Shown one piece after another: positions 42,476 to 57,760 of a DNA stretch of 64,000 nt. The translations under genes and the position numbers were made by a program. This stretch comes from Eledone cirrhosa (lineage: Eukaryota): contig OZ024740.1 of assembly GCA_964016885.1 (NCBI GenBank), positions 92,566,001 to 92,630,000 on the forward strand, written 5' to 3'. The notes beneath the pieces are model-generated. The model was given only the letters and a program-made list of their open reading frames with translations. It did no database searches and was not told the origin of the DNA. Numbering within the stretch: position 1 is the first letter of the stretch; the number at the start of each line of letters is the position of its first letter.

Positions 42476-43410
42476 ATATTCTCGCTGAATCTTTATTTGT
42501 ATTAATATCCCGTGTCTTAAAATTAACTTGTTAATTATTTCTATTGACAGGTTAATTAAGTTCATTTTAAAACCGCCCGGTTGAGAACTTATTCGATTTG
42601 TGCTATTTATGCTATTTTTTGCATGATATACACTCACTGAATTACCTTGCCAAAATCTGAGGTTATTTCTCTTGTGATTTCCACACGTGGTTTAACTTAC
42701 CACCGTGTCATTCACTTATTTGGTACAGAGCGAAATACCTGTTGATAACGTCATATTCCTTGTTCGATCATTATACCCAAAGATTATATTTTTACGTAGA
42801 CTGTAATTTGATTTAGGTGTCACAGAAACTCTACATTGGATTTTAACAGCAATTCCGGGAGTCCAGGTCTGGTTATCATATATTTTTCATCATTTATTTT
42901 GTTTTGACCTGTTCAGCTTGATTTGTTTTTTTGGCTTGGGTGGTTAATGCCTTCTTGACCACCTTTTAAGTTTTGTATGGCTTCTTAACACATTGTTTAG
43001 CTCTGGTTTTTAACTATTGAGCATTTTGCCAGTGTCATTTCTGATTTTTGCGTTTCGTTTCGCCTTTCCTGCCCGCCGAAATGCGATTCTCGCTGAATCT
43101 TTATTTGTGTATATATATTTAATAGTGTTCACACCATTACATGATAATATATATATATATATATATATATATTTATTAGTTAAGCAAAACAAGACCATAC
43201 ATTTCGAAGGAAGACATTATTAAAAGATATTTCCAGCTCTGTGCGCCTAGCTTCTGCATGAACACAGCCACCTAGCTGGATTCCACTGCTTATTGCACAT
43301 AGAGCACATGCCTTTACGCTTTGGCTTCTAACCAATTCACCAATCTCTCCTCTCCTATCTCCATCTCTCTCTTTAAGATTAGTTAAACTTGAAATGTGAA
43401 TACATACATA

Positions 43411-43617
43411 TATCTAAGTGTAAAGTCTGTCTTAAGCCAGAAGGGTCATTTAGCTGGTGCTTATCCCGGTTTCATGGCCTATTGCTGGTACTCATTTTCA
43501 GGTGAGTATACTGGGGCAAGTTGAAATGAAGTGTTTTGCTCAAGAACACAACACGCAGCACAGGAATCGTACCCACGACATTATGATCTTAAGTCCAACA
43601 CTCTTACCACTAGGCCA
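43411..43617 (-). mobile_element. SINE family B, full length
   Basis: Minus tggcctagtggtaagagtgttggac..gggtacgattcctg..gtgttcttgagcaaaacacttcatttc..aaatgagtaccagc. Confidence 0.88.
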
Positions 43618-43699
43618 TATACATATATATATATATATGTTAAGTATATATATATATATATATATGTTAAGTATATATATATATATATATATGTTAAGT

Positions 43700-43885
43700 T
43701 GCACTTAAGATCATAATGTCATGGGTTCGATTCCTGGGCTGCGTTTTGCGTTCTTGAACAAAACACTTCATTTCACCTTGCCCCAGTATACTCACTTGAA
43801 AATGAGTACCAGCAATAGACCATGAAACCGGGATAAGCACCAGCCAAATGACCCTTCTGGCTTAAGACAGACTTTAGACTTAGAT
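43700..43885 (+). mobile_element. SINE family B, head-to-head with 43411-43617
   Basis: B-box gggttcgattcct; reverse-complement homolog of the previous copy. Confidence 0.88.
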
Positions 43886-45679
43886 ATATGTATATATACA
43901 CACACACACATACACACATATGAGCACTCTTTAAGTGTTCCTAGAAAACGATTCCACCTAAAATCGCAAATGTTCTCAGTATACATGTAGATTTTCAAAA
44001 TTATATGTAAGAAATTTATCCAAAATTTGAGTCACTCAATTGCTACTATATCACTTCACACTTAATATATTTCGACATGAGGTAACTCATTTATCTATAG
44101 AAACATCAACTCATATTCGGTATATAATATGCATTGTTTTTTAATCATTGCTCTATATTCAATATAATTAATTCAACAATTTTTCTTCGCATGTATTATA
44201 ATATACACCGCAGTTAATGTGAGCCCAGTTATATAAGCTCATAGTACCCGATTTAAATGTAAACTAGAGAAATCATATACATTTCACAATGCTATTTGTT
44301 CCTCATTACAAGTTTCAACATTAGATATTGCCTCATTGGCTGGTTACAAATCTATAATTATGTAAATAAAAGCAATACATTCTACAGTGCTTTCGCAAAT
44401 AGAATGTATTTTAAACTCTGCGATGTTAAAAGCAACATAACACACAATTTTGCTGGTATAGTCGTGCAAATGTTCCCTTATTGGGAGAAATAAAATTCGG
44501 GAGCAATTAAATTACATTTACATTTTGAAAAGAATTTTGAAAAGCATATTTTGTTTCATAATATTGTTCGAATTTGCATTCATATATGGATTAGAAAATT
44601 CATCTTCTTTTATATATATTCCCCGTATCTTTTTAATTTCTTCAAGAATAATATAATTTTATGTCTATATTAATTCATTTTCAAAATATTTTGCTTGATA
44701 ACAAATGTCAAGTTGATTTCAGATTACGTCGATTAGATTCTACCGTTTACCGACAGATTATTCCACCTGTTTTTCGAATGATTAAAGTTAATATGAACTG
44801 TAAGCTATAGGAAAGCATGATGTTGCTGGGAAACTATATACTTTGGGTGGAATAAGTGTGTGAACAGTGAGTTCTGTAACTTTGCAACTGCGATAACATT
44901 TTTGCGCTGTTATTAAAGAGCAATATTTATAATAATCCGTTTGTTGTAGGGAATGTTACATTCATAACGAGAAAATATATGTTATAGACAGATGGAGGAA
45001 AACGACGCTGTAGGAGAATTTTCATTATCCTCATGTTTCGAGTACGTTCTCTTATATATGGATTATAAGTTAAAATCAAAATCACCTACACGCGTTTTTG
45101 TTGTGAGTATGTTGCTTAGATTTCAGTCAGCTTTGAAGGAGCAGAATTAACAATAAACTTGTTGCTTGTTTCTAAACCTAGACTGGTTTTCTAGTGTGGC
45201 AATAGAGAATATAATAATTCTTTGTTTTTTTTTTCGTCTCTGCATGATGGAGTAGGAGTGAAGTCACTATCTTCAAACTGAAATAGAGAATATTTGAGCA
45301 CGCTGCAAAGAAAGTGACGGCTAATAAACTACAAGAGAAACATCTGATGTGTTCAAAATAAACATGCAGGTGTTGACTTTTTCAGTAGATTTATCATCCA
45401 TCCTCACAGCAATGAAGATATTGGTTAGGCAAATATAGCATGTTCATGTTAAACTAAGTTTGTGTGAGATGAATGAAGCTTTAGATTTTATATAGCAGCG
45501 TTTATATATATATGATTATAGAGGACATATGCGTATAGAAACTCGTAAATAATGGTGTTTTTTTAAAATTATTATTTCATAAGGTATAATGTCCAGCAGT
45601 CTCATTACCAACAACGTTCAATCTGCAACATTCAGCATTACAGTGATACAAGCCTTACGCAACAAGATCGAACCATCAG

Positions 45680-46940
45680 GATGAGTAGTTGTAAAACTTC
45701 TATACAACTCTCCATGCCATTTTCGAAAATGTTTATAAAAATGCTATCCTTATAATACAGGGAGATTGGAATACTAAGCCGGCTGAAGTTACAGGTAATG
45801 CCTGGCGGAAATACTTATGGACCTTCCTGTAATGCTGTAACCAACAAGCGGGATTATGTTTGACTCAATATGCTACCAACAATGACATGGTGCTTTCTAA
45901 CGCTAACACTCTTGTTGAGTACTGGCAATGCATCAATGGAACACATTACCAGATGGACTACATTATGGTGAAGAACCAGTTTCTGTCAGGAATCAACAGG
46001 ATCAGAACAAGATCTTTCTCACTCGCACAATAGGGAGTACCGTGAATTGTTGTGGTACTTCAGTTTCAGGCTGAATAAGATCAGGGAGCGCAAAACCTCC
46101 AGGTTGTTGTTAAATATGGACAATCTGAAGGAACCCATATATCACCAAGTACTTCCAGGCAACTGTTGGTGGAACATTCCCAAAACTACTCACACTCGAA
46201 GAGGAGGTTGAAACGAGGAAAGAAAATGTGAACACGGTGATGGCAGAATCAGCAAACAAAATATTAGGGAAACAACAGGAACACTCAGACGTGTGTCATA
46301 GAAATTTTGTGATACAAGAATGGAACAAAATATATTCATGTATACACCTACTCTAGCAGCAGGTTACAGGGAGAACAGTAAGAATATCAGGAAAGTAAAA
46401 CAAAATGGATTAAGAAGAAATTATTAGATGTGGAGGAGTGCATGTACAGGAACAAAAGAATGAGGTCCTTTCAAATTGTGAAATATCTAGTCACTGAAAT
46501 AAGATCACCATCCAAAGCAAAAAACGAAAATGCCTCACCGATAAAAAAAGGCATAACCAAGAGATAGAATAAATAGTGCTCATCCATAAGACCCGTTGTG
46601 ACACCCGCATGCTAACAATGATGAAGCATCTAACGGGGATGACTTGCCAATCTTGTGAAGTTTAGACAGCAATAAAATCGCTGACAACTGGTAAATCACA
46701 CTCATCAGCTACACAAGCAAAGCATTGCTAATTCTCATCTTCAATAGGCTAAACTCAAAGAGGAAATCATTGTGGGAGGCCAGCAGTCCATAATAAAGAC
46801 GCAGGGTGAAGTCGCTAATCATTTCTACTGCGTGAGTTGTCCTGTGTTGTTTCCCTAAGATGGCGTTTGCTGACTCTGCCATCACCGTGTTAAACATCGC
46901 TTTCCACTTTTCAACATCCGCTTCGCGTGTGAGCAGTTCT
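45680..46940 (+). mobile_element. Decayed RTE LINE fragment (APE endonuclease C-terminus plus linker) with inverted piece
   Basis: QGDWNTK..YGPSCN..TNKRD, NGTHYQMDYIMVK motifs; about 46840-46938 is an inverted homolog of about 46185-46280. Confidence 0.75.
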
Positions 46941-48560
46941 AATATGTGACGCTAAAGTACACAACGCAAAGCCCGGTCCCAGCATCGATCTCACAACCTC
47001 ACGAATATATATATATATATATATATAAACTGGTAAATATGACCAGCTTATTTGACTAGTTTTTCTCATATATATATAGCTGGTCATATTTACTCGTTTT
47101 TGTAGGCATTGGCTATTGGCCAATAACTTCTTTTATGAGGAAATAGTTGTACTTATTAAGTGACGCGCAAATTGAAAATTTAAATATATATTTGCAGAGA
47201 ATAACCTGCTGATTTTTACTTATAATATATAGAGAATAATTTGCCAATATAAATCATTATATCACAAGAGACTGTAAGAAGTAGACAGCAACACCTGTGG
47301 TATTCGAATTAACACCTACTGTATGCCTGACCTTTACCAGCTTGGCTAAAATAACATTCGAAGTCAAATTCTAGCGATCATAGAGCTCTCTTTTTGCAAA
47401 GATGTATTCAATATATATAACTGTTTAATGCTCAGGAAATATAATTTATACTTTATTTAAAGCTATTGTCCTATGAACATACACACGCACGCAGACACAT
47501 ACACACACACACACATACACACACATACACACACACATATATATATATATATTTTTTTAGTATATCTTGGTTGTATACCAACACCACAGTGTGCAGATTG
47601 GAGCACTCGACGAAGTGCGCAGGTTGGTTTGGTTAATCCGGAGTAATGAAAATAAAATAAAATATATAAGTCAAATGTTTAAAATTTGGCTTCGTTTATT
47701 GCCAAATTTTAAACATGCGACTTATGTATTTTATTTTATTGTATATATATATATATATAAATGAAGATATGTACGGATACAATCTACTTGTATGGATCAG
47801 TGTGTGCATGAGTATATATGTATGTTTATGTATATATATATATATACAATTCGACCCGTCAAGCTGGAGCCCGACTAGGTATACCGGCATTTTATCTTTT
47901 CACAGAAGCCCCCCTTGACTCCAGTCCAAATATACCACCCGTCCTCTCAAGTCACATTGTCGTTCGTTCCGAGTACGTATCAAGGATGGGGGGGGGGAGC
48001 TATTGTGGTGCCTCATTTCTGACGCATGAAAAATACCACCACCACCACTGGAATTCTCAACAACCATAATGACTCGATTCCGTGGTAAAAGTTACAAATG
48101 TGGTGTTGCACCATTAGTGTTGCCACAATCCTTGCAAAATTTCTCATGTAAACATTTAATAATGCTTTTCAGTCAGGTTATGTAATTATACACATCTGAA
48201 CTTAAAAGTTCATATCTATGTGGAAATAAACAACTTTTTTTGAAAATCCATTTCAGTTTTGAACGTTCTTTAAATTTTCTTCAGTTATCACGCATAAGCG
48301 CCCGAATACATGGAAAGCATTTCCGTTATCAACATGAAGGAAATACCATTTTAATTTAAAAAAATATAAAGTCGAAAGTAACTTTAAAATCCAAAAAGAT
48401 CGTCGTCGTTACGTAATAGTGCTTCTTTTGGGGGACATACAAAATAATTTGTTCCCAGAATATTTAGATTTTTTCAGTCACTGATACCAACATTCTTATT
48501 GATTACTGTAGGCAAACAAATATTGATGACAATGTGAATGCAATCAGCCTGTGAACTCAC

Positions 48561-48870
48561 CTGCTGAAATATGACTTGTTCAGCCTGTGTTGCTCTCCTG
48601 CCTTCTGCACGGGAACTCAGTTGCTGAAGGTGAGACTGGCGCTACTCTTGAGACTGGGCTGATCGAATGGCTCTTTCATGGGTCCTCGTCTGCGGAAGGC
48701 GAGACTGGTGCTCCTCTTGAGGTTGGCCTGCTCGACCGGCTCTTGCATGAGTCCTCATCTGCTGAAGGCGACGTCCATGATCATCTTCAGTCTCTGCTGC
48801 TCAAGTAACATTTTCTCGCCTGGAAAATCTGATCTTGCGGGCAGGCCGGGTCTTTTAGATTGCATATCGG
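48561..48870 (-). pseudogene. STPR-like 23-aa repeat remnant, probably from a Helitron N-terminal exon
   Basis: AAETEDDHGRRLQQMRTHARAGRAGQPQEEHQSRLPQTRTHERAIRSAQSQE*RQSHLQQ, 69-nt periodicity, ends at donor CAG|GTGAGT (48560). Confidence 0.6.
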
Positions 48871-49680
48871 CAGTAACAATGATTGTTCGAACAGGGTCAT
48901 GTTTGCTCCTTATATAGGTGTTATGCAGAGGATGGTGACGCATAGGAATTGAATAACCAATCAAGTTAAGAGGGCTCAATCATGAATGATTTCACGCTCG
49001 TGAGTCAAAAGGTCAAAGGGGGCATTGTGTTGTTTAGTGAGATTGGTAGTGCTAATATGTATGCAGCCTACATTGAAAGATGAGAAATGCCAGCTCCATC
49101 GATTTCATTCAATACATCCACAATTGGTGTGTTCTACGGCATCGATATATATATATATGTATATATATATATCCGAAGTATATATAGCTGACATAGCTTC
49201 GCTTTGATAAACAGACGATAAGCCGTCTGTGGTTTCGTACAGTCGAACTAAATTAAAACTAATCGCTAAGTAGTTGACGAAATAAATACAATGTTTGTTT
49301 ATATTTTGTCTTTGTATTTCTGTTTTCCGATGTATAGTGTATGCAAAGATATCCGTACACGAATATATAATTATATATATATATATATAATTAATTAAAA
49401 ATTGGTTAGAAGCGAAGTCAATGCAGATAGGCAGATATACAGACATATATTATAAGTGTGCGACGTTATAGCCATGTATCTATCTAAAAAGACAGAGTAA
49501 GAAATAGACTGGAATGTCGTATTATATATATTATATATAATAAAGTACCAGTAACGTACTTCTCATTTTCCTCCTCGGAAAAAATGTACACCTATAGTTC
49601 AAATCTGTTGACTTTTGGTCCAGCCGTTTGGCCAAATGTGTGTTACATGCATAGATACATACATACGGCCGTCAGCATTA

Positions 49681-49773
<93 letters not shown>

Positions 49774-50149
49774 AATTAGTATATCTAATAACATATATAT
49801 ACACACAGATGCATACTTATGCTAGCAAATACATAGGTTTTGTCTTAGTAACTTTGTGGTTTAATGCCTGGGGTTGCAAAACAATAATATGAGAGACGTA
49901 AAATAAGAAAATTATAAAATTAACTGACTTACTAAAATTTCACTCCCAACTAATTAGTTTCTGAATGGGAATAAACATACTATCCGAAGAATTGTACAGA
50001 GAAGCCTTTCGTCATCAGGGAAGTCTATTCTCAGCTAAGTTTCCAAGCAATAGGATAGATTAGACGTAAACATATTTAACAAAAACTCGCAATATTATAA
50101 TCAGGCATTAGCTAGATCAGGGCATAATATAGAGATCGAGTTCCTACCT

Positions 50150-52842
<2,693 letters not shown>

Positions 52843-53059
52843 TTCCATTTTAGACTCATTAAAGATGAGCGGACTTTCTTCAATACTTAAGCTTAAGTCT
52901 ATTTAATTCGTTTTAATTGTAATATTCAACTGTTGATAACATGGATTACACTGATACATCGAAACTGGTTATATTCTATATATTGTATATATATTATAAA
53001 ACATATGTGAAAAAACGAATATATATATTAAAAAACAAATGTGCCTCGCGTTATTTCAA

Positions 53060-53226
53060 TAATTGTTTCTACTTTTGGCACTAGGCCAGCCATCACACAG
53101 TACATTACTGGTACTTTATTTTATCGACCCCGTAAGGATGAAAGGCAAAGTTAACCTTGGCGGGATTTAAACTCAGACCATAAATGGCCGTAACTCTTTC
53201 CTGCCGATACTGCCAATTCACCGCCG
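53060..53226 (-). mobile_element. SINE family A, internally shortened
   Basis: Homology; TSD-like tttcaataat on both sides. Confidence 0.85.
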
Positions 53227-53403
53227 TCTCATTCTTTCAATAATATCACTTTGATGGATCAAAGAAGAAAAAAGAAAAACAGATCCTTGAAATATATTTT
53301 TCGTGCTATTTCCAATTCCACTTTTCTTCTATAAACTTTGTTTTGTATAGAACAGTACTCCCTTTTCAAATATATATAATTATGATTGTTTTATATAAAT
53401 ATA

Positions 53404-53441
<38 letters not shown>

Positions 53442-53621
53442 TGTGTTTGTGTGTGGGTGTCTGTATGGGTCTGTGTGTGAGAGAGTGAGAGTGTGTGTGT
53501 GTAAGAGAGAGATAGGTAGATAGATAGTGAGACAGATATCGAGAGGGAGATAATGAGAAAGATATATATATATATATATAGATAGATATATACATATATA
53601 GATACATAGATAAATATATAA

Positions 53622-53716
<95 letters not shown>

Positions 53717-54060
53717 TACATATATATATATATACATATATATATTAGAAAGTGAGGTTTTTTTTACGAAATGAAAAATAACCGAGGTGTCCTACACGAG
53801 TGGAAGTATAAAGAAAAAGGGATGAAATCGAAAATGCATAGTTTTGTGAGCAGCATGCTTTGAATCATTTGTAAGGATATTAATTGGTTGCAAGGAATGT
53901 ACTCCACCATGTTATATATCATACGTGTTCATCATATGCCACTAAAATCTTTTGTTTTTAATAAGGGATTGCTTCAACGTACAATAGCATATACACATTC
54001 ATCTTCCCTTTAATATTACATTACACCAATAACTCTTTCCCGATTAGCTTCATATACATT

Positions 54061-54096
<36 letters not shown>

Positions 54097-54097
<1 letters not shown>

Positions 54098-55560
54098 GAA
54101 TTTGTTTTGCAAGGTTTTTGATATAAAGTCGTGTTATAATATTGCCAGAAATATGTAATAAACACACTCACTGTTTGGTTTCGTTTGGGTTGTATTGGTT
54201 TTTGCTTCAGTGTAATTCATAAGCCTATAGTTAATTTAGCTGTTAATTAATGTTTATCATTGATTGACCACTAGTTAAAAAATATATATATAAATATATA
54301 TATATAGGCTCCCAGATATTTTTCATCACACACCTGTGACATTATCAGTGACACTCTTATGTTTTCTCTCCTATTCATTTAATGTTTACTTATTATTGTT
54401 TATTTATTGTTGTCTATGTCTGCGTATACGTTTGTGTTTGTCTTTTCTATTTGCTGTGTATCCGTGAGTTCGTGTGTGTTTGTTTGTATTGTATATTTGG
54501 CCACCAGTGTGAGTTGATGTGTGATTGTTGTTATTATATCTGTGTATATTTATTTATATTTATCATAGGTCACTATTGTCTGTTTGTGCATGGTTGTTGT
54601 TGTTATTATATTCCTACTTTCATTTCAGCTTCGATTTTCTTAATTCAATTTCAGTTAGTTCCCTAACTTGCCTGGCTGTTGAATCATTTCTATGTTTAGA
54701 TAATATTTAATTTCTAACTTCTCTATATTACCATCATTTCTTATTATAGCAGGTTCACAGAGTACGGAACTGTCGTTTTGTACTTTTACTTTACCCCTGT
54801 GTTCGTCTATATCCTCACCTATTTTCCGGGTTGTCCCTCCTCTGTATGTCATTCTCATGTTTCTGCAAGCAACCTCTGTGTATCTTATGCTATAGAATGA
54901 ATTTCTAGATTTAGAATTTATTTGCGGATTTATTGTACATATTACACACTTATTATTAGTACAGTGGTTTTCTTCCAAACACTCTAATAATATAATACCA
55001 GTATTAGACACTGAACTCTGGTTACGCACTATAAACGAGAAGCCCCAAATTCTCCACTCACATTTTTTCTGAACCCATGGCCTCCAAATACATGATACAC
55101 CAAATCTCAGCAATATCCACTAATGCTCAGTTTAATATCCTGATCAGAAACTTGGTAAGATTGATGAATAATGCGTGAAGCATGTGCGATCTAACTGAAC
55201 AGGAGAGACACGTTCAACACTTCATCAATCGCATGCAGTTTCTCTGGCTACAACCGCGGAAGCTGAATGAGGGTGTATCAAGGAGCCATAGAGAAATGTA
55301 AAACATTCATAGAAGTTGGACATGAAACGTCCATCTCTACAGGAAGCATATCATAGAATAACATAGATAGGACTAAACACATGATAGGGGAACCACTTTA
55401 TGGTACGACAAACAGAGATACCAGGGAGTCATATTTGTAGAGGCAACCTCTGGAGGTGAAATAGCTAACCAATTTAGAATGGCCATAAGAAAGACCCATT
55501 TAAAGATTAAAGTAGCAAATAAGCCCGGCACTACTACAAAATCCCTGATCATCTAAACAT
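54097..55560 (-). mobile_element. Old PLE: GIY-YIG plus pLTR on minus, inverted thumb fragment on plus (about 55140-55560)
   Basis: CTNNKCVIC..NSFYSI..YRGGTTRKIG..EH..SSVL; degenerate HHR gtca-ctgataa-tgtcacaggtgtgtgat-gaaa at about 54315-54352; plus-strand HVQHFINRMQ.SGY. Confidence 0.65.
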
Positions 55561-57572
55561 GCCTCTTGAAGAAAACCCACACGTTATAGTTTATGAATCT
55601 GTTTACAGCTACTCGACCAACCAACAACATGAGGTGAAAACATATGTAAGTACGGGGGAGGGTCGATTTAAAGAATGATTACTTAACCATCAGATAGGCG
55701 AACGGCCTCGAACGGCCTCGAAGCTCTCAAGCCACATATGGTCACTGAAAGATACAGACGCTGATTGCTCCATGTAATGGCAATTTCCGGCCACATCAAG
55801 GCCATACGTAAAAGGGAATGTGCCTTGTAGGGTGTGTATCGACGAACGAATAAATAGCTTCCAGAGATTAACATAATAGTACATGCGAAAATTCAAGTTT
55901 CAATTTCTAACACGGCTTCGAGTACTTATTTTTAATTTCAAGGCACATACTAATTTTGTACATAATGAACTCAATTGTCTCCCTACACCAATCTAACTTG
56001 AGTTCACCCTAGTCGATAACCTTCCGAATGAGCGCCCAACTTCATATAAACCTCCGTTTTTCAGTACTTACTTTACTCGAGTTGCGATTCTGTAGGTGAA
56101 GCACGTGTCCTGGTTTGCTATTTTGTGGAACTTTATACCGAACTCATCCTATAGATGAAGTACTCTAGTTACTATGGATATAACCATCAAATATTCTACG
56201 ATGTCACAAAATTACTGAAGAGTAGAATACTGTAGATGCATTACTCCCTAAGGATACAAATTATCCTTGCTGTTGTTTCAAATTTCAAAAGAATAGACTA
56301 TAACCATTCAGTAGATTTATATATCAATCGTTAAAACAATCGACTACACTTCACGGGATTTAAATCTCTAAGGTATTAGAAAATACAAATTATATATACC
56401 TGTTAATAGAAACGCGTAAATACTTTTTATTGTCTTCCTCATATTGAAAAAATTCTTAAAATATTAAAATAGGAGAAGCCTTCCTAGTGAAGAAATTATA
56501 TCGTGATTCTGACCTAATAGCTCCAGAGACAATAATGCTAGGTGATTCAATCTGTAAACACTCAAATGATAGGATTACGTTTGAATCCCTAAATGCATTT
56601 TACAAACATTTTGTGTATCTTATATATATGTGACTCGGAGTCGTATCTTTTTTCATCAAGATATTGCTGCAAAGAAACAGGTGTTTATATACGAGTTGAT
56701 TAACATAGGTTTACACCATATCATTGTGATTCATTTCACCTACTATGCCTAATTGTCTGGTTTTCACTCTATAAAACTACGAGAATTTGATAAAAATTAA
56801 ATAAACGTTACTTTTCATAAGATTTATGTATAAGAGAATGTTACTGTTGACTTACTTAATTTGTTAGGAATGTAAATCTATCATAATAAAAAAAATAAAT
56901 CAGAATATTAAAAATAATTAGCTAAAATTATGCAGTTAAAGCTGCTGAATGTTAATTATGTTTTAAATGTAAGAGAAATTTGTTTCCGGCAACAAGGTCT
57001 CAGAATTATCCACATGAAATATTATGTGCAGTGATTGACTTCCGAGTTGTTGATGTTGATATTGTTGTTTCCGTAATATAATGCTTTCCGCCATTTTAGA
57101 ATTTTCTGCATGAAATGTTTGCTTCCTTGTTTATTGACATGATAGGGAAATGTAAAGCCCGGCACACAGTTAATGGTAGAATAAATACTAAATTGCTGGA
57201 AGGCAATCAGGTGAAGAATGCATAACTTCTAATGCAGAAAATTAACACAAACTTTCAAATTAAATGTTCGAAGTTGATATTTTAAGAAATTGGATTTACA
57301 ACGAGAAGCAAATACATTGCTGTATTTTTAAGAAGGTTGCTTCACTATAGCGAAATTCACTTAGAATATTATGAGGAAGATTATTCGCATAATTATGTTT
57401 ACCTAAGATTCCGTACAATATATGATATAATCAATTCATATTGCATGTTGATAATAATGATGCTTTCTGAAATAAATCTTTGTTGCGTTTATTCGAATGG
57501 GCTATGAAGTATAACTGCCGACAAATCACTATGCTAACCGATGTGCAGTTATTTTTGGTTTCTATACATAAT

Positions 57573-57760
57573 TGTTTCTAATTTAGGCACAAGGCCAGCA
57601 ATTACCCAGTACATTACTGGTACTTTATTTTATCGACCCCGTAAGGATGAAAGGCAAAGTTAACCTCGGCGGGATTTGAACTCAGACTGCAAAGGTACGT
57701 AACTATGCTAGAAAACATGGCGTCCAACCCTCTACCGATACTGCCAATTCACCGCCCTTT
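57573..57760 (-). mobile_element. SINE family A, full length with 15-bp TSD
   Basis: TSD gtttctatacataat at 57558-57572 and 57761-57775. Confidence 0.93.
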
